Numbered from the stretch's first letter, positions 37,338 through 46,293 are shown. The stretch: 56,809 bases of DNA from Candidatus Bathyarchaeia archaeon (GCA_050012755.1 JBEKGO010000010.1:1-56809), one strand, 5' to 3'. The notes: generated by a model not told the origin, from the letters alone. Numbers and translations are program-made.

Positions 37338-38222
37338 ATGAAAATAGGTTTAGTCACCTACGCCCCACAAAAAGTCGAGGGCTTTGACCTTCACGTTTAC
37401 TACTCCAAATGGGCAGACGGCCAAGCATTCCCAGCAGTCAAAGACATGCAAAACGACGTAACAGTATTCTGCGACGCAAAAGCAATACGGGAAGACCCAA
37501 GCCTAGTCGCCCTCTCCAAAAATGGACCAGCGCTCCGCAAGAATAGACGAAACAATCTCGCTTTCGATTTCGTTTGCCCCACGCACCCAGACTACCGAGC
37601 TAAAGTTTTTACCTATCTTGACAACCTCAACAACGAAAAAATCGCGGGTGTAACATTAAACCTTTATCATTTTCCTGACCAAGAATTTTGTATCTGCCCA
37701 AGATGCACCCAATTGTGGAAACAAAGCGGCTTGAACTGGACAGATTGGAGAGCCGAAACAGTAACACAGTTCCTGAAAGAAGCAAAAACACACACCAAGG
37801 GCACCTTTGCTGTTGAAATTTACCCCGACCCAGTACTTGCCAAAGAAAGATTCGGGTTAGACTTAACCGCGTTAGCTGAAATGGTTGATTATTTCCATGT
37901 GCCGCTTTCTTCAAGAGATTACTTGACTAATTACTGGGTTGACATGATAGCAAGAGATTTCGTTGCTTTGTTGAAGAAGCCTGTTGTTTTAGAGTTGAGT
38001 GCTGAAATTCCAACCGACGAGAAACTTGAGGCATTACTGAAAACAGTGGCGTACGTGTCCAGACACAAGTTGGATGCAGTGCTGCTTTTAGTCCATGACT
38101 CAGACAATGCCAAGCAAATCTGTCGTTTTGCCGTTCAGAATAGTGACTTTCGAGAATGGCTTAGGAAGTATAATTTTGATGAAATGAGCCGAATCGTTGA
38201 TGAATGGGCTAAGATTTACTAA
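37338..38222 (+). CDS. Uncharacterised Cys-rich TIM-barrel protein, paralog of 34598..35503
   Basis: VCPTHP...HFPDQEFCICPRC...WR...PDPVLAKERFG. Confidence 0.7.
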   Translation: MKIGLVTYAPQKVEGFDLHVYYSKWADGQAFPAVKDMQNDVTVFCDAKAIREDPSLVALSKNGPALRKNRRNNLAFDFVCPTHPDYRAKVFTYLDNLNNEKIAGVTLNLYHFPDQEFCICPRCTQLWKQSGLNWTDWRAETVTQFLKEAKTHTKGTFAVEIYPDPVLAKERFGLDLTALAEMVDYFHVPLSSRDYLTNYWVDMIARDFVALLKKPVVLELSAEIPTDEKLEALLKTVAYVSRHKLDAVLLLVHDSDNAKQICRFAVQNSDFREWLRKYNFDEMSRIVDEWAKIY

Positions 38223-38961
38223 GTTTTTTTCTATATTCTTTAAGCCGTTGCATGTCAAGTTCTCGTGTTAATATTGAGTCTTCAGGTGCATCAGTTACTT
38301 CGCCAAGTATCCCCCATGGAGCAATGATTGCGCTTCTTCCACCCCGCATGCTTGAGCACACATTACCGACCTTAAGCACAAACAATCCATAGTCACGTGC
38401 CATCTGCAAAGTTAATGGATGTCCCTGAACGGTTGGGTGAGTGCCCATTGCTGCAACAGGAAGAGAAATTATTTCAGCGCCCAGAGTAGCGGTTTGTTTT
38501 ATAAGGTCAGGATCAAACGAGTCTGCGCATACCAGAAGTCCGATTTTGCCGATTTCTGTCTTGACTACAACTGGTTGGTTGCCTTTGGTGACGCCAGCTT
38601 TGATCTCAGCTTGGATGGGGTTTATTTTTTTGTATTTAGCCAATAAGAAACCATTTTTCCAAAGCGTGCTTGTGTTGTAGTATTTGCCGTTGTCTTCTTC
38701 AAGTACTGAACCACCGAGAAGATAGATATCATCTAGTTCTCCTGAAATTTTCTCAAGAAAATCCATAGTTTTTCTGTGGGTTTCTTGCGAGATTTTCCCC
38801 GCATCGTTAAAGTCACCCATACAATTTGGAACCGTGAAGTATTCTGGAAGAGCGATTAGTGCTGGTTTTTGTTTAGCTGCTTTTTGGATTGCTGTTTTGG
38901 CCGCTTCTATGTTGCTTTCTACTGAATTTCGTATTTTCATATGGAGTACGCATGTTTTCAA
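38209..38961 (-). CDS. Carbon-nitrogen hydrolase (nitrilase superfamily)
   Basis: Glu-Lys-Cys triad in LPEYF, YKKIN and LVCAD; GGRSAIIAPWG. Confidence 0.88.
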   Translation of the reverse strand: MKTCVLHMKIRNSVESNIEAAKTAIQKAAKQKPALIALPEYFTVPNCMGDFNDAGKISQETHRKTMDFLEKISGELDDIYLLGGSVLEEDNGKYYNTSTLWKNGFLLAKYKKINPIQAEIKAGVTKGNQPVVVKTEIGKIGLLVCADSFDPDLIKQTATLGAEIISLPVAAMGTHPTVQGHPLTLQMARDYGLFVLKVGNVCSSMRGGRSAIIAPWGILGEVTDAPEDSILTRELDMQRLKEYRKKLSKS

Positions 38962-39170
38962 TTGTTAATCCTCTTTGATGATTGCGCTGGGTGTCTATTG
39001 ATTTTCGATTTTGCACTTTTAAATGTGCTGTTTTAGATGTGTAATAACTCGATTGTTCAGTATTTTGCACACTTTCAACACATCTGTTTACTATTTTTTT
39101 GCTTTTGTTTGCATATGAAGAAACCTTAAATACTGGATGCATGACAAACAATGTATTGCGAGGGAAAGAA

Positions 39171-40154
39171 ATGACGCTAAATCCATCAGAATACACAAAA
39201 CTCTTGCCCGAAGTAAGAACATTAGTGAACAAAGTTGTCAAGAAAAACATGGCTGACGGTTTCCTGTTTTCAGCTGGAACCGACACCCAAATTATCGCTT
39301 ACGAAGCAGTGAAATACAAACCTGATATTCCATGCCTAACCTTAGCCTTCAAAGCTGGAGCTCCCAAGGATACAGAATACGTAAAGAAAATGGTAGAACT
39401 ACTGCACCTTAAACAAGAAACGTACCAATTCGGACGCGAAGACGTACTGAAATACTACCCGAAAGTTGTGGAAGCACTCAAAAAATTTGACCCAATGGAA
39501 ATCAGAAATAGCCTCCCGGTATTCATTGGCTTAAGCATCTTTAAGAAAAGAGGAATAAAGAGCGTATTCACAGGCGACGCTTTAGATGAGCTTTTTGGTT
39601 ACCCATGGCAATTCCACCTGACAGAAGATGAATTCGCTAAGAAACAAGAAGAAATGTGGGCGGAAATGGGTTTCTCTTCACTTCCTATGGCTGCTGCTCT
39701 TGGCATGACTATCAAAGCGCCATACATGGATTCAGAGTTCATGACTTGGGCAAAGAAACTACCGATCAAATTCAAGATAAACATGTACAACGGCGTAAAA
39801 TACAGCAAATGGATTCTAAGAAAAGCTTACGAAGATGCAATACCCAAAGACGTTATCTGGAGACCCAAAGCACCTCTTGAAGCAGGCACAGGAACCGAGT
39901 CGTTGAGAACACACTTTAATGACTTTGTCACAGACAAGGACTTTGCAGAGAAAAAGAAGGCGATAAAAGCAGCAGATGACGTTGAAATTCAAGATAAAGA
40001 ACAACTGCTCTATTATGAAACGTTCCGTGAGAAATTCGGCGTACCAAAAGATGTGTTCCCCAAGGTTGAAGGTGCTATTCAGTGTCCTAAGTGCAAGAGC
40101 TACATAAAAACCAAAATCCAATTTTGCAAAACTTGCGGAGCATACCCAATCTAA
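39171..40154 (+). CDS. Asparagine synthase C-terminal (ATP pyrophosphatase) domain protein with zinc ribbon and no glutaminase domain
   Basis: FSAGTDT (SGGxDS variant), TGDALDELFGY, KWILRKA, WRPK; C-terminal CPKC...CKTCG. ATG 39171 lies downstream of TATA-like aaaccTTAAATA at 39121. Confidence 0.85.
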   Translation: MTLNPSEYTKLLPEVRTLVNKVVKKNMADGFLFSAGTDTQIIAYEAVKYKPDIPCLTLAFKAGAPKDTEYVKKMVELLHLKQETYQFGREDVLKYYPKVVEALKKFDPMEIRNSLPVFIGLSIFKKRGIKSVFTGDALDELFGYPWQFHLTEDEFAKKQEEMWAEMGFSSLPMAAALGMTIKAPYMDSEFMTWAKKLPIKFKINMYNGVKYSKWILRKAYEDAIPKDVIWRPKAPLEAGTGTESLRTHFNDFVTDKDFAEKKKAIKAADDVEIQDKEQLLYYETFREKFGVPKDVFPKVEGAIQCPKCKSYIKTKIQFCKTCGAYPI

Positions 40155-40259
40155 TCTTTCTTTTTATTTTTTAAAAAATAAATAAGTTAGTAATTTAGGG
40201 AAAAGACTTAATTCCTTATCTTAATACTTGTTTGAAAAATAACGAGAGGGTAGTATTAG

Positions 40260-41303
40260 TTGGCTAGTCTTTCACAATTGAAGTTTGCAATGTGGCTTTC
40301 GATGTTCTTGTCAGCCTTCATATTTGCCCTTTTTGTTTTCGCAATCGTTTTCTTCCTACAATTGGATGTTTTTGTTGGTTTAGCTGTTGCTTTAGGCGGT
40401 TCAGCACTCTTCATATTATTCCAGTATGCGGTAGGCCCAGCCATTGTTGCCGCAACAACCCACCTGCATTACCTTAAACCTGGCGAAAACCCGTGGCTAG
40501 AAAAAACAGTTAAAGAAATAGCCGACAAAAGCGGTTTACCTATGCCCAAATTAGCCACAGTTCCAAATAATACGCCTAACGCATTTACTTTTGGCAGAAG
40601 CACAAGCAGCGCCACCTTAGCCGTGCATGAAGGACTACTCAAGCAATTGAACGAAGACGAAATTAAGGGTGTTATAGCTCACGAGTTAGGCCACGTTAAA
40701 CATAAAGACTACATTGTTATGACTGTTCTCTCGGCCTTGCCGTTGATTGCATACTACGTTGCACAGGTAACGTTGTTTGCGGGTGCTTTTAGCGGTGGAC
40801 GAAGAAACAGTAAAGACAATTCTGGTGCCGCACTGATTGCAATTGGCGTAATTGCCTTTATAATATACATATTAACGTTCTTGATTGTCATGAGACTAAG
40901 CCGACTTAGAGAACACTATGCCGATGCCTATTCCGCTTATGTTACAGGAAACCCACGAGAGCTTGAAAGCGCATTGGCAAAAATCACCTATGGTTTGTCC
41001 CTTTCACCTAAAGCGCCGGAAGGAGTAAGAGCATTCTACATTGAAGACCCAGCCGCGGCCAGACAAGAAGTTCAGAAAATCATGGAGAATAAGGACGAGT
41101 ATGACTTAGACCATGACGGCGTTTTGGACGAACGAGAGTTGGAGTTGGCGATGGAGAAAGAATCCAAAAGCACTTGGGTGCAAATGAACAATTTATTTGC
41201 CACTCATCCACCAACGTTTAAACGCATTTTGCTTCTAAAAGAAATCGAGCAGGAAATGGACACAGGAAAATATAGCAGTGACAAAGTCTACTCACATGTC
41301 TAA
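40260..41303 (+). CDS. htpX: Zinc metalloprotease HtpX (M48 family)
   Basis: PNAFTFG, AHELGH (HExxH), SRLREHYAD, LFATHPP and TM helices. Confidence 0.9.
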   Translation: MASLSQLKFAMWLSMFLSAFIFALFVFAIVFFLQLDVFVGLAVALGGSALFILFQYAVGPAIVAATTHLHYLKPGENPWLEKTVKEIADKSGLPMPKLATVPNNTPNAFTFGRSTSSATLAVHEGLLKQLNEDEIKGVIAHELGHVKHKDYIVMTVLSALPLIAYYVAQVTLFAGAFSGGRRNSKDNSGAALIAIGVIAFIIYILTFLIVMRLSRLREHYADAYSAYVTGNPRELESALAKITYGLSLSPKAPEGVRAFYIEDPAAARQEVQKIMENKDEYDLDHDGVLDERELELAMEKESKSTWVQMNNLFATHPPTFKRILLLKEIEQEMDTGKYSSDKVYSHV

Positions 41304-41407
41304 GATAAATAGCCTTATTTTTTGGTCAAAAACTCTTCTAAGCCATGCGAAGACTAATATCTCTGCGCAATCGATTTACTACAAATTAATCAGGAGAGAA
41401 ACAAAAA

Positions 41408-41614
41408 ATGGTAAATTACTGTCCTGAATGCGGCGGAGAAATGCAATACATCTCTTTGACCAAGCATTATGTCTGCAAAAGCTGCGGTTTATCCTGCACT
41501 GGCCAAGAACTAAACGACTACCGTGACAAAAACAGGCCAGGCTACGAAACTGAAGAAGAAGCAAAACAAAACCGCAAAAAAGAATACCTCAAATGGTATC
41601 TCAGCAAAAAATAA
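41408..41614 (+). CDS. Small zinc-ribbon protein
   Basis: CPECGG...CKSCG; ggag upstream; 68 aa. Confidence 0.75.
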   Translation: MVNYCPECGGEMQYISLTKHYVCKSCGLSCTGQELNDYRDKNRPGYETEEEAKQNRKKEYLKWYLSKK

Positions 41615-41765
41615 AACCGCTTAAACCCTAACTAAACCTTTTAGTTAGCTTTGACTATAGTCTAGTTTTAGAGTTTTCAACCGTTTTATGCCCATGCCGT
41701 TAAGCAAAAAACAATCAAACGGTATAAAAGAAAACAAGCAATTCCTAATTTAGCCAACTGTAAAG

Positions 41766-42611
41766 ATGCGAAATGCCATGTCCGTGGAAATTGAAATAAT
41801 CTGTGTCGGCAACGAGTTACTAATAGGCAAAATACAGAACACAAACGCATATTGGCTAACTAAACAAGCCACTCAGCTAGGAGCAAACGTTAAGCGAGTA
41901 ACAGTAATCCAAGACATCATTGAGGAAATCGGCAAATGCACCGTAGAAGCTATAGAGCGAAAACCGCAGTTTATAATCACCACAGGCGGATTAGGCCCAA
42001 CTTTTGACGATAAAACGTTACAAGGCATAGCAAAGGCGTTAAATCGCAAATTAGAAATAAACCCGAAAGCATTGGCAATGGTCAAGCAGAAATGCATAGA
42101 ATATGCGAGAAAACGGCAATTATCCTCAGAGGTTGAGTTGACAGCGCCAAGAGTTAAAATGGCAACCTTTCCGGAGGCAACAGAGGTCGTGAATAACCCG
42201 ATCGGGACTGCGCCAGGGCTGCGGGTTGAGGTGGAGGGAACAGTTTTGTTTGCTTTACCCGGTGTACCTTCAGAAATGGAAGCGATTTTTACAGAAACAA
42301 TAGCGCCGCTGATTAAACAAGCCGTCGGCGATAGCGTTTTTTGTGAAAAAAGCATGTTTGTAGACAACATGGTTGAATCCTATTTAGCACCGCTAATTGA
42401 CAAGGCGATGGCTGACAACGAAGGCATCTACATTAAATCTCATGTTTGCACAAATTCAAATCCAATTCCATCCAGAAATAAACCCCACGTTGAACTCCAC
42501 CTAACCATTAGAGCAAAAGAGAAAGAAAAACCTCAAGATAAGCTTCTGAAAGCCATTCGTGAACTTGCAAGTTTGGTAGAGGCGAATGGCGGAAAAGCCA
42601 TCGTTGAGTAA
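41766..42611 (+). CDS. CinA-like / molybdopterin-binding (MoCF_biosynth) domain protein
   Basis: EIICVGNELLIG, NTNA, TTGGLGPTFDDKT, NPIGTAPG and LPGVPSEM; no PncC domain. Confidence 0.85.
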   Translation: MRNAMSVEIEIICVGNELLIGKIQNTNAYWLTKQATQLGANVKRVTVIQDIIEEIGKCTVEAIERKPQFIITTGGLGPTFDDKTLQGIAKALNRKLEINPKALAMVKQKCIEYARKRQLSSEVELTAPRVKMATFPEATEVVNNPIGTAPGLRVEVEGTVLFALPGVPSEMEAIFTETIAPLIKQAVGDSVFCEKSMFVDNMVESYLAPLIDKAMADNEGIYIKSHVCTNSNPIPSRNKPHVELHLTIRAKEKEKPQDKLLKAIRELASLVEANGGKAIVE

Positions 42612-42664
42612 TAAGATTTGGATCAGTTTTTTCTATTCGAGAATTGGTTATTGACGGTTTTTTG

Positions 42665-42800
42665 TGCAGTTTTTGTTCTTTGTGTTTTAGGTTGTTTTCT
42701 TGAAATAAATCTCGTATCCTTTGCAGGTTGAGTCGGAAAAAGTCCAAAAAAGTCGAATAAAGTCGGAAAAAGTCTAAAGAAGCCCAAGAATGTTCAGGGT
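42665..42800 (-). repeat. Dispersed intergenic element copy B with (AGTCnnAAAA)n 10-bp array
   Basis: Minus strand reads ACCCTGAACA (42800-42791), array (AGTC at 42731, 42741, 42751, 42761, 42771; AGCC at 42781), CCTGC (42727-42723), 19 nt, then TCAAGAAAACAACC TAAAACACAAAGAA. Confidence 0.8.
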
Positions 42801-42846
42801 AAAAAATCGAAGGCTAACGGTGATTAAGCATTTTCGTTTTTCCAGA

Positions 42847-42992
42847 TTTTTGTTGTTTGTTTTTTGGGTTGCTTTTTTGAATCAAAGCTTAATTTCTTAG
42901 CAGGCTGCGTCACTATACGTCACTATCCGTCACCAAACGTCACAATACGTCACTACACGTCATAAAACGTCACAGAACGTCACTGCCCGTCA
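42847..42992 (-). repeat. Dispersed intergenic element copy C with nine CGTCA cores at exact 10-bp spacing
   Basis: CGTCA at 42908, 42918, ... 42988; minus strand reads CCTGC (42904-42900), 19 nt, TCAAAAAAGCAACC (42880-42867). Confidence 0.85.
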
Positions 42993-43123
42993 AAATCTAA
43001 AAAACCTGCAAGCATCATCGAGTTTCAAAGCGGTTTCTAACCCATTTCGACCTTAATAGAATTTCCAGCCGAAGAAAATCTGTTTTAGATCTATTTAGGA
43101 AAAGAAAAATAGAAAGAGAAAAA

Positions 43124-44302
43124 TTACGTTTTCTTGGTTCTTTCCAGTTCTTTTTTGAGTATTTCAGCTTTGTCGGTTTTTTCCCATGTGAACTCGGGTT
43201 CTTCCCTTCCAAAATGCCCGAAAACCGCGGTTTTCTTGTAGATTGGTCTAAGCAGGTCAAGCTGCTCAATAATAGCTTTTGGTCTCATGTCAAAGTTTTT
43301 CTTAATAAGCTCAAGAATTTGCTCATCAGCCATTTTCCCAGTCTGATAAGTATTGACAAGCACCGAAATTGGTTCCGCAACACCGATTGCGTATGAAATT
43401 TGGATTTCACATTGATCAGCTAAACCAGCAGCAACAATGTTTTTGGCGATGTATCTTGCCATATAACAGCCTGAACGGTCAACTTTTGATGGGTCTTTGC
43501 CGCTGAAACATCCGCCGCCGTGGCTTCCGACCCCGCCGTACGTGTCGACGATGATTTTTCTGCCTGTTAAACCTGAGTCAGCAAGGGTTCCGCCGATAAC
43601 GAATCTGCCCGTTCCGTTAATAACGTATTTCACGTCTGGGCTAAGCATAGCCGGCGGAATTACGTATTTTATGACTTTTTCGATAATGTCACCCTTGAAT
43701 TTGGCGTCGTCGAGGCTTCCATTGTTTTGAGCAGCAATAACGACTGCAGTAACGCATTTTGGCTTGCCATTTTCATATTGTACTGTGACCTGAGACTTGC
43801 AGTCAGGACGCAGACAAGGGATAATTTTAGTTTTTCTACATTCAGCTAAGCGTTTGACAAGTTTGTGCGCCAGCATAATTGGCAGGGGCATAAGTTCTTT
43901 TGTCTCGTTGCTTGCGTAGCCAAAAACCATTCCTTGATCACCGGCTCCTTGCTCATGACCTTTAGACTCGGTAACGCCCATGGAAATGTCTGGAGACTGC
44001 GCAGTCAATGAAACCAAAATGCCGCAGGTTTCCCAGTCCAAACCGTCCTTTGCATTGTCAAACCCGATTTCTTTTAGGGTTTGTCGGACAATTTTTGGGA
44101 TGTCAATATATGTGCAGGTGGTAATTTGACCTGTTATCATTACGGTTCCCTGCATTACAAGTGTTTCACAGTCAACTCGTGCTTTAGGGTCGACAGTGAA
44201 TATTGCGTCTAGAACGCTGTCGGAGATTTGGTCTGCTACTTTGTCGGGGTGGCCTTCTCCAACTGACTCAGAAGTGAACAAATATTTTCCGTTTATTCGC
44301 AT
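43124..44302 (-). CDS. metK: S-adenosylmethionine synthetase, bacterial/eukaryotic type
   Basis: [37 protein letters not shown] and [16 protein letters not shown] signatures. Confidence 0.95.
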   Translation of the reverse strand: MRINGKYLFTSESVGEGHPDKVADQISDSVLDAIFTVDPKARVDCETLVMQGTVMITGQITTCTYIDIPKIVRQTLKEIGFDNAKDGLDWETCGILVSLTAQSPDISMGVTESKGHEQGAGDQGMVFGYASNETKELMPLPIMLAHKLVKRLAECRKTKIIPCLRPDCKSQVTVQYENGKPKCVTAVVIAAQNNGSLDDAKFKGDIIEKVIKYVIPPAMLSPDVKYVINGTGRFVIGGTLADSGLTGRKIIVDTYGGVGSHGGGCFSGKDPSKVDRSGCYMARYIAKNIVAAGLADQCEIQISYAIGVAEPISVLVNTYQTGKMADEQILELIKKNFDMRPKAIIEQLDLLRPIYKKTAVFGHFGREEPEFTWEKTDKAEILKKELERTKKT

Positions 44303-44462
44303 AGGAATCTTTCCATAATATTGTAAATAAGAACTTAAATTACTTGAAGTTTTTCTTAAAAGCCTTTCTACAAAGTAAGAAGTTAATCAACGGATAATAA
44401 GAGCTAGTTCTGGGCAATAGAACCATTTTAATGCTTAAACTTACACACACAACAAGGGAAAA

Positions 44463-44840
44463 ATGAAAACAACGATATTCGCCGAAAAAGCACCAAAGCC
44501 TATCGGTCCCTATAGTCAAGCGGTATTGGTCGGCAAATTTCTGTTTATCTCTGGGCAACTTGCGATCGATCCGAAGGAAGGAAAAATAGTTGCTGACAAT
44601 GTCGCATTGCAGACAAGACAAGTTATGGAAAACATAAAAGCCATTTTGGAAGCTACAGGTTATAGCCTTAAAGACGTCGTTCAATCAAACGTTTTTCTTT
44701 CTTCTATGAGTTTATTTGATGAGTTCAACAGAGAATACGCAAAGTTCTTTGATGAAGAATTTCCTGCTCGCCTAACGGTTGGCGTAGAATTGAAGGGTAA
44801 TGCCTTAATTGAGGTTTCAGTTGTAGCATACAAAGACTAA
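44463..44840 (+). CDS. ridA: RidA/YjgF family enamine/imine deaminase
   Basis: APKPIGPYSQA, ISGQL, FPAR (catalytic Arg present), LIEV. Confidence 0.9.
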   Translation: MKTTIFAEKAPKPIGPYSQAVLVGKFLFISGQLAIDPKEGKIVADNVALQTRQVMENIKAILEATGYSLKDVVQSNVFLSSMSLFDEFNREYAKFFDEEFPARLTVGVELKGNALIEVSVVAYKD

Positions 44841-44893
44841 TCTGAATCGTCTTTAACAAATTATAAAAACCTAACTCACCTTAAGTTAGAATA

Positions 44894-45529
44894 GTGCAAA
44901 ACATGGTTTCATCGCTAAAAAAGTTTATTCAAGAAATTGCTGGGAAAAAAGCTCCAGGACCCTCCACAACTTTCACTGTATTCCATATTTTTTATGCTTT
45001 AGAGCTGATGTCAAAGGAGCCCATGGGCAGAAACAAGTTAGCGAAGAAACTAAATGTTGGCGATGGAGCAGTACGTACAATAATACGCAGACTTAGAGAA
45101 GCTGGTTTAATTGACACTTCGAAAGAGGGCTGCAGTTTAACAAAAAAAGGGTTAGAAGTTTGGGAGCAATTTGAACAAGTTTTCCCAAAGCGCATGGAAA
45201 TTCCGAAAACCGAACTAAGCGAATCAGAATACAATTTTGCTTTTTTAGTTAAAAACAGCGGTCAAAAAGTACGATCAGGAATTGACCAACGAGATGCGGC
45301 AATTATTGCAGGTGCCCGTAAAGCCTTAGTCAGTGTTTATAAAGATGGCCATTTGCGTATTGAATCAGTCAGCGATTGTATTGAGAAGCAGTATCCTAAG
45401 GCAGCAAACCAAATTCTTCAAGAATTAAAGCCTGAGGATAATGACGTTGTTATTGTCGCCGGGTCTGACACGGCTTTGAAGGCAAAACGTGGAGCTTTTG
45501 CAGCCAGCTGGTCACTGATTAGCGTTTGA
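44894..45529 (+). CDS. Archaeal wHTH protein (DUF4443-like)
   Basis: MGRNKLAKKLNVGDGAVRTIIRRL HTH and GIDQRDAAIIAGA C-terminal domain. Confidence 0.65.
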   Translation: MQNMVSSLKKFIQEIAGKKAPGPSTTFTVFHIFYALELMSKEPMGRNKLAKKLNVGDGAVRTIIRRLREAGLIDTSKEGCSLTKKGLEVWEQFEQVFPKRMEIPKTELSESEYNFAFLVKNSGQKVRSGIDQRDAAIIAGARKALVSVYKDGHLRIESVSDCIEKQYPKAANQILQELKPEDNDVVIVAGSDTALKAKRGAFAASWSLISV

Positions 45530-45531
45530 GA

Positions 45532-46293
45532 TTATGTTGTGTATTTTTCGCCTTCGTTTAAAATTCGTTCAAGAGTCGTGTTGATGTTAGTCATGCCCTC
45601 ATTTGTTTTTGAGGAAAGAGGCATAAGCAAAAATTTCATGCCGAGTTTGTTTATGGCTTGCATCATGTTGCGGCTAAAAAGGCGTTTCGTACCCTCTAGT
45701 TTCTCTTCAATTGCATCTTCAAGCGCTCTGGTGTTAGCTGACCAAGAGGCAATTGCTTGAACATCCTTTTTTGGCAGCAAATCCGTTTTTGAAAGTACAT
45801 GAAGTTGTGGCTGGAAAAATCGGTTGAAAACTGCAGCCGAGAGAAACATGTTTGAAACGTAGTTAAGTGGGTTAATCGAGAAGACTGCGTCGAAGAGGTA
45901 GATTAAGGCTTTTGGTTCTTTTGTCAACTCATTTACTATGTATGGTCCACTTGCTCTGAAAGCAAATAATTCCATTTGCCCTGGAGTATCCACTAAAACA
46001 AAATCTGCGTGCGCTTCCTCGATATCGCGGGTTAAATTTTCAATTTCATCGGCAATCAAGTCAGCAGCCATAATCAAGGCACCGTTAGGTCCTAAGCCAT
46101 ACTTTTCCATTATATCGCCAACATCGACATAATTGCGCACATCGACATCAGGCGAATAAGGAAGCTTCAACGCACCAGGATCTAAATTGACCACGGCAAC
46201 ATCCTGCTTTGACATCTTTAGCCATTCGCTGAAAGCCGCAGTAAACAGGGATTTGCCAGAACCAGCTGTTCCAATAATAAATGTAAGGGGCAC
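45532..46293 (-). CDS. GPN-loop GTPase
   Basis: GTAGSGKS, VNLDPG, YGLGPNGA, DTPGQMELF. Confidence 0.92.
   Translation of the reverse strand: MPLTFIIGTAGSGKSLFTAAFSEWLKMSKQDVAVVNLDPGALKLPYSPDVDVRNYVDVGDIMEKYGLGPNGALIMAADLIADEIENLTRDIEEAHADFVLVDTPGQMELFAFRASGPYIVNELTKEPKALIYLFDAVFSINPLNYVSNMFLSAAVFNRFFQPQLHVLSKTDLLPKKDVQAIASWSANTRALEDAIEEKLEGTKRLFSRNMMQAINKLGMKFLLMPLSSKTNEGMTNINTTLERILNEGEKYTT

Noticed and set aside
41620-41720. Weak T-tract periodicity and a caaaaaacaatc motif after the zinc-ribbon gene
   Set aside because: Period is irregular and CCTGC is absent; cannot be distinguished from AT-rich intergenic DNA.
42731-42992. CRISPR array interpretation of the periodic repeats
   Set aside because: Units are 10 bp with 4-5 bp cores and 5-6 bp spacers, far below CRISPR repeat/spacer sizes, and no cas genes are present.
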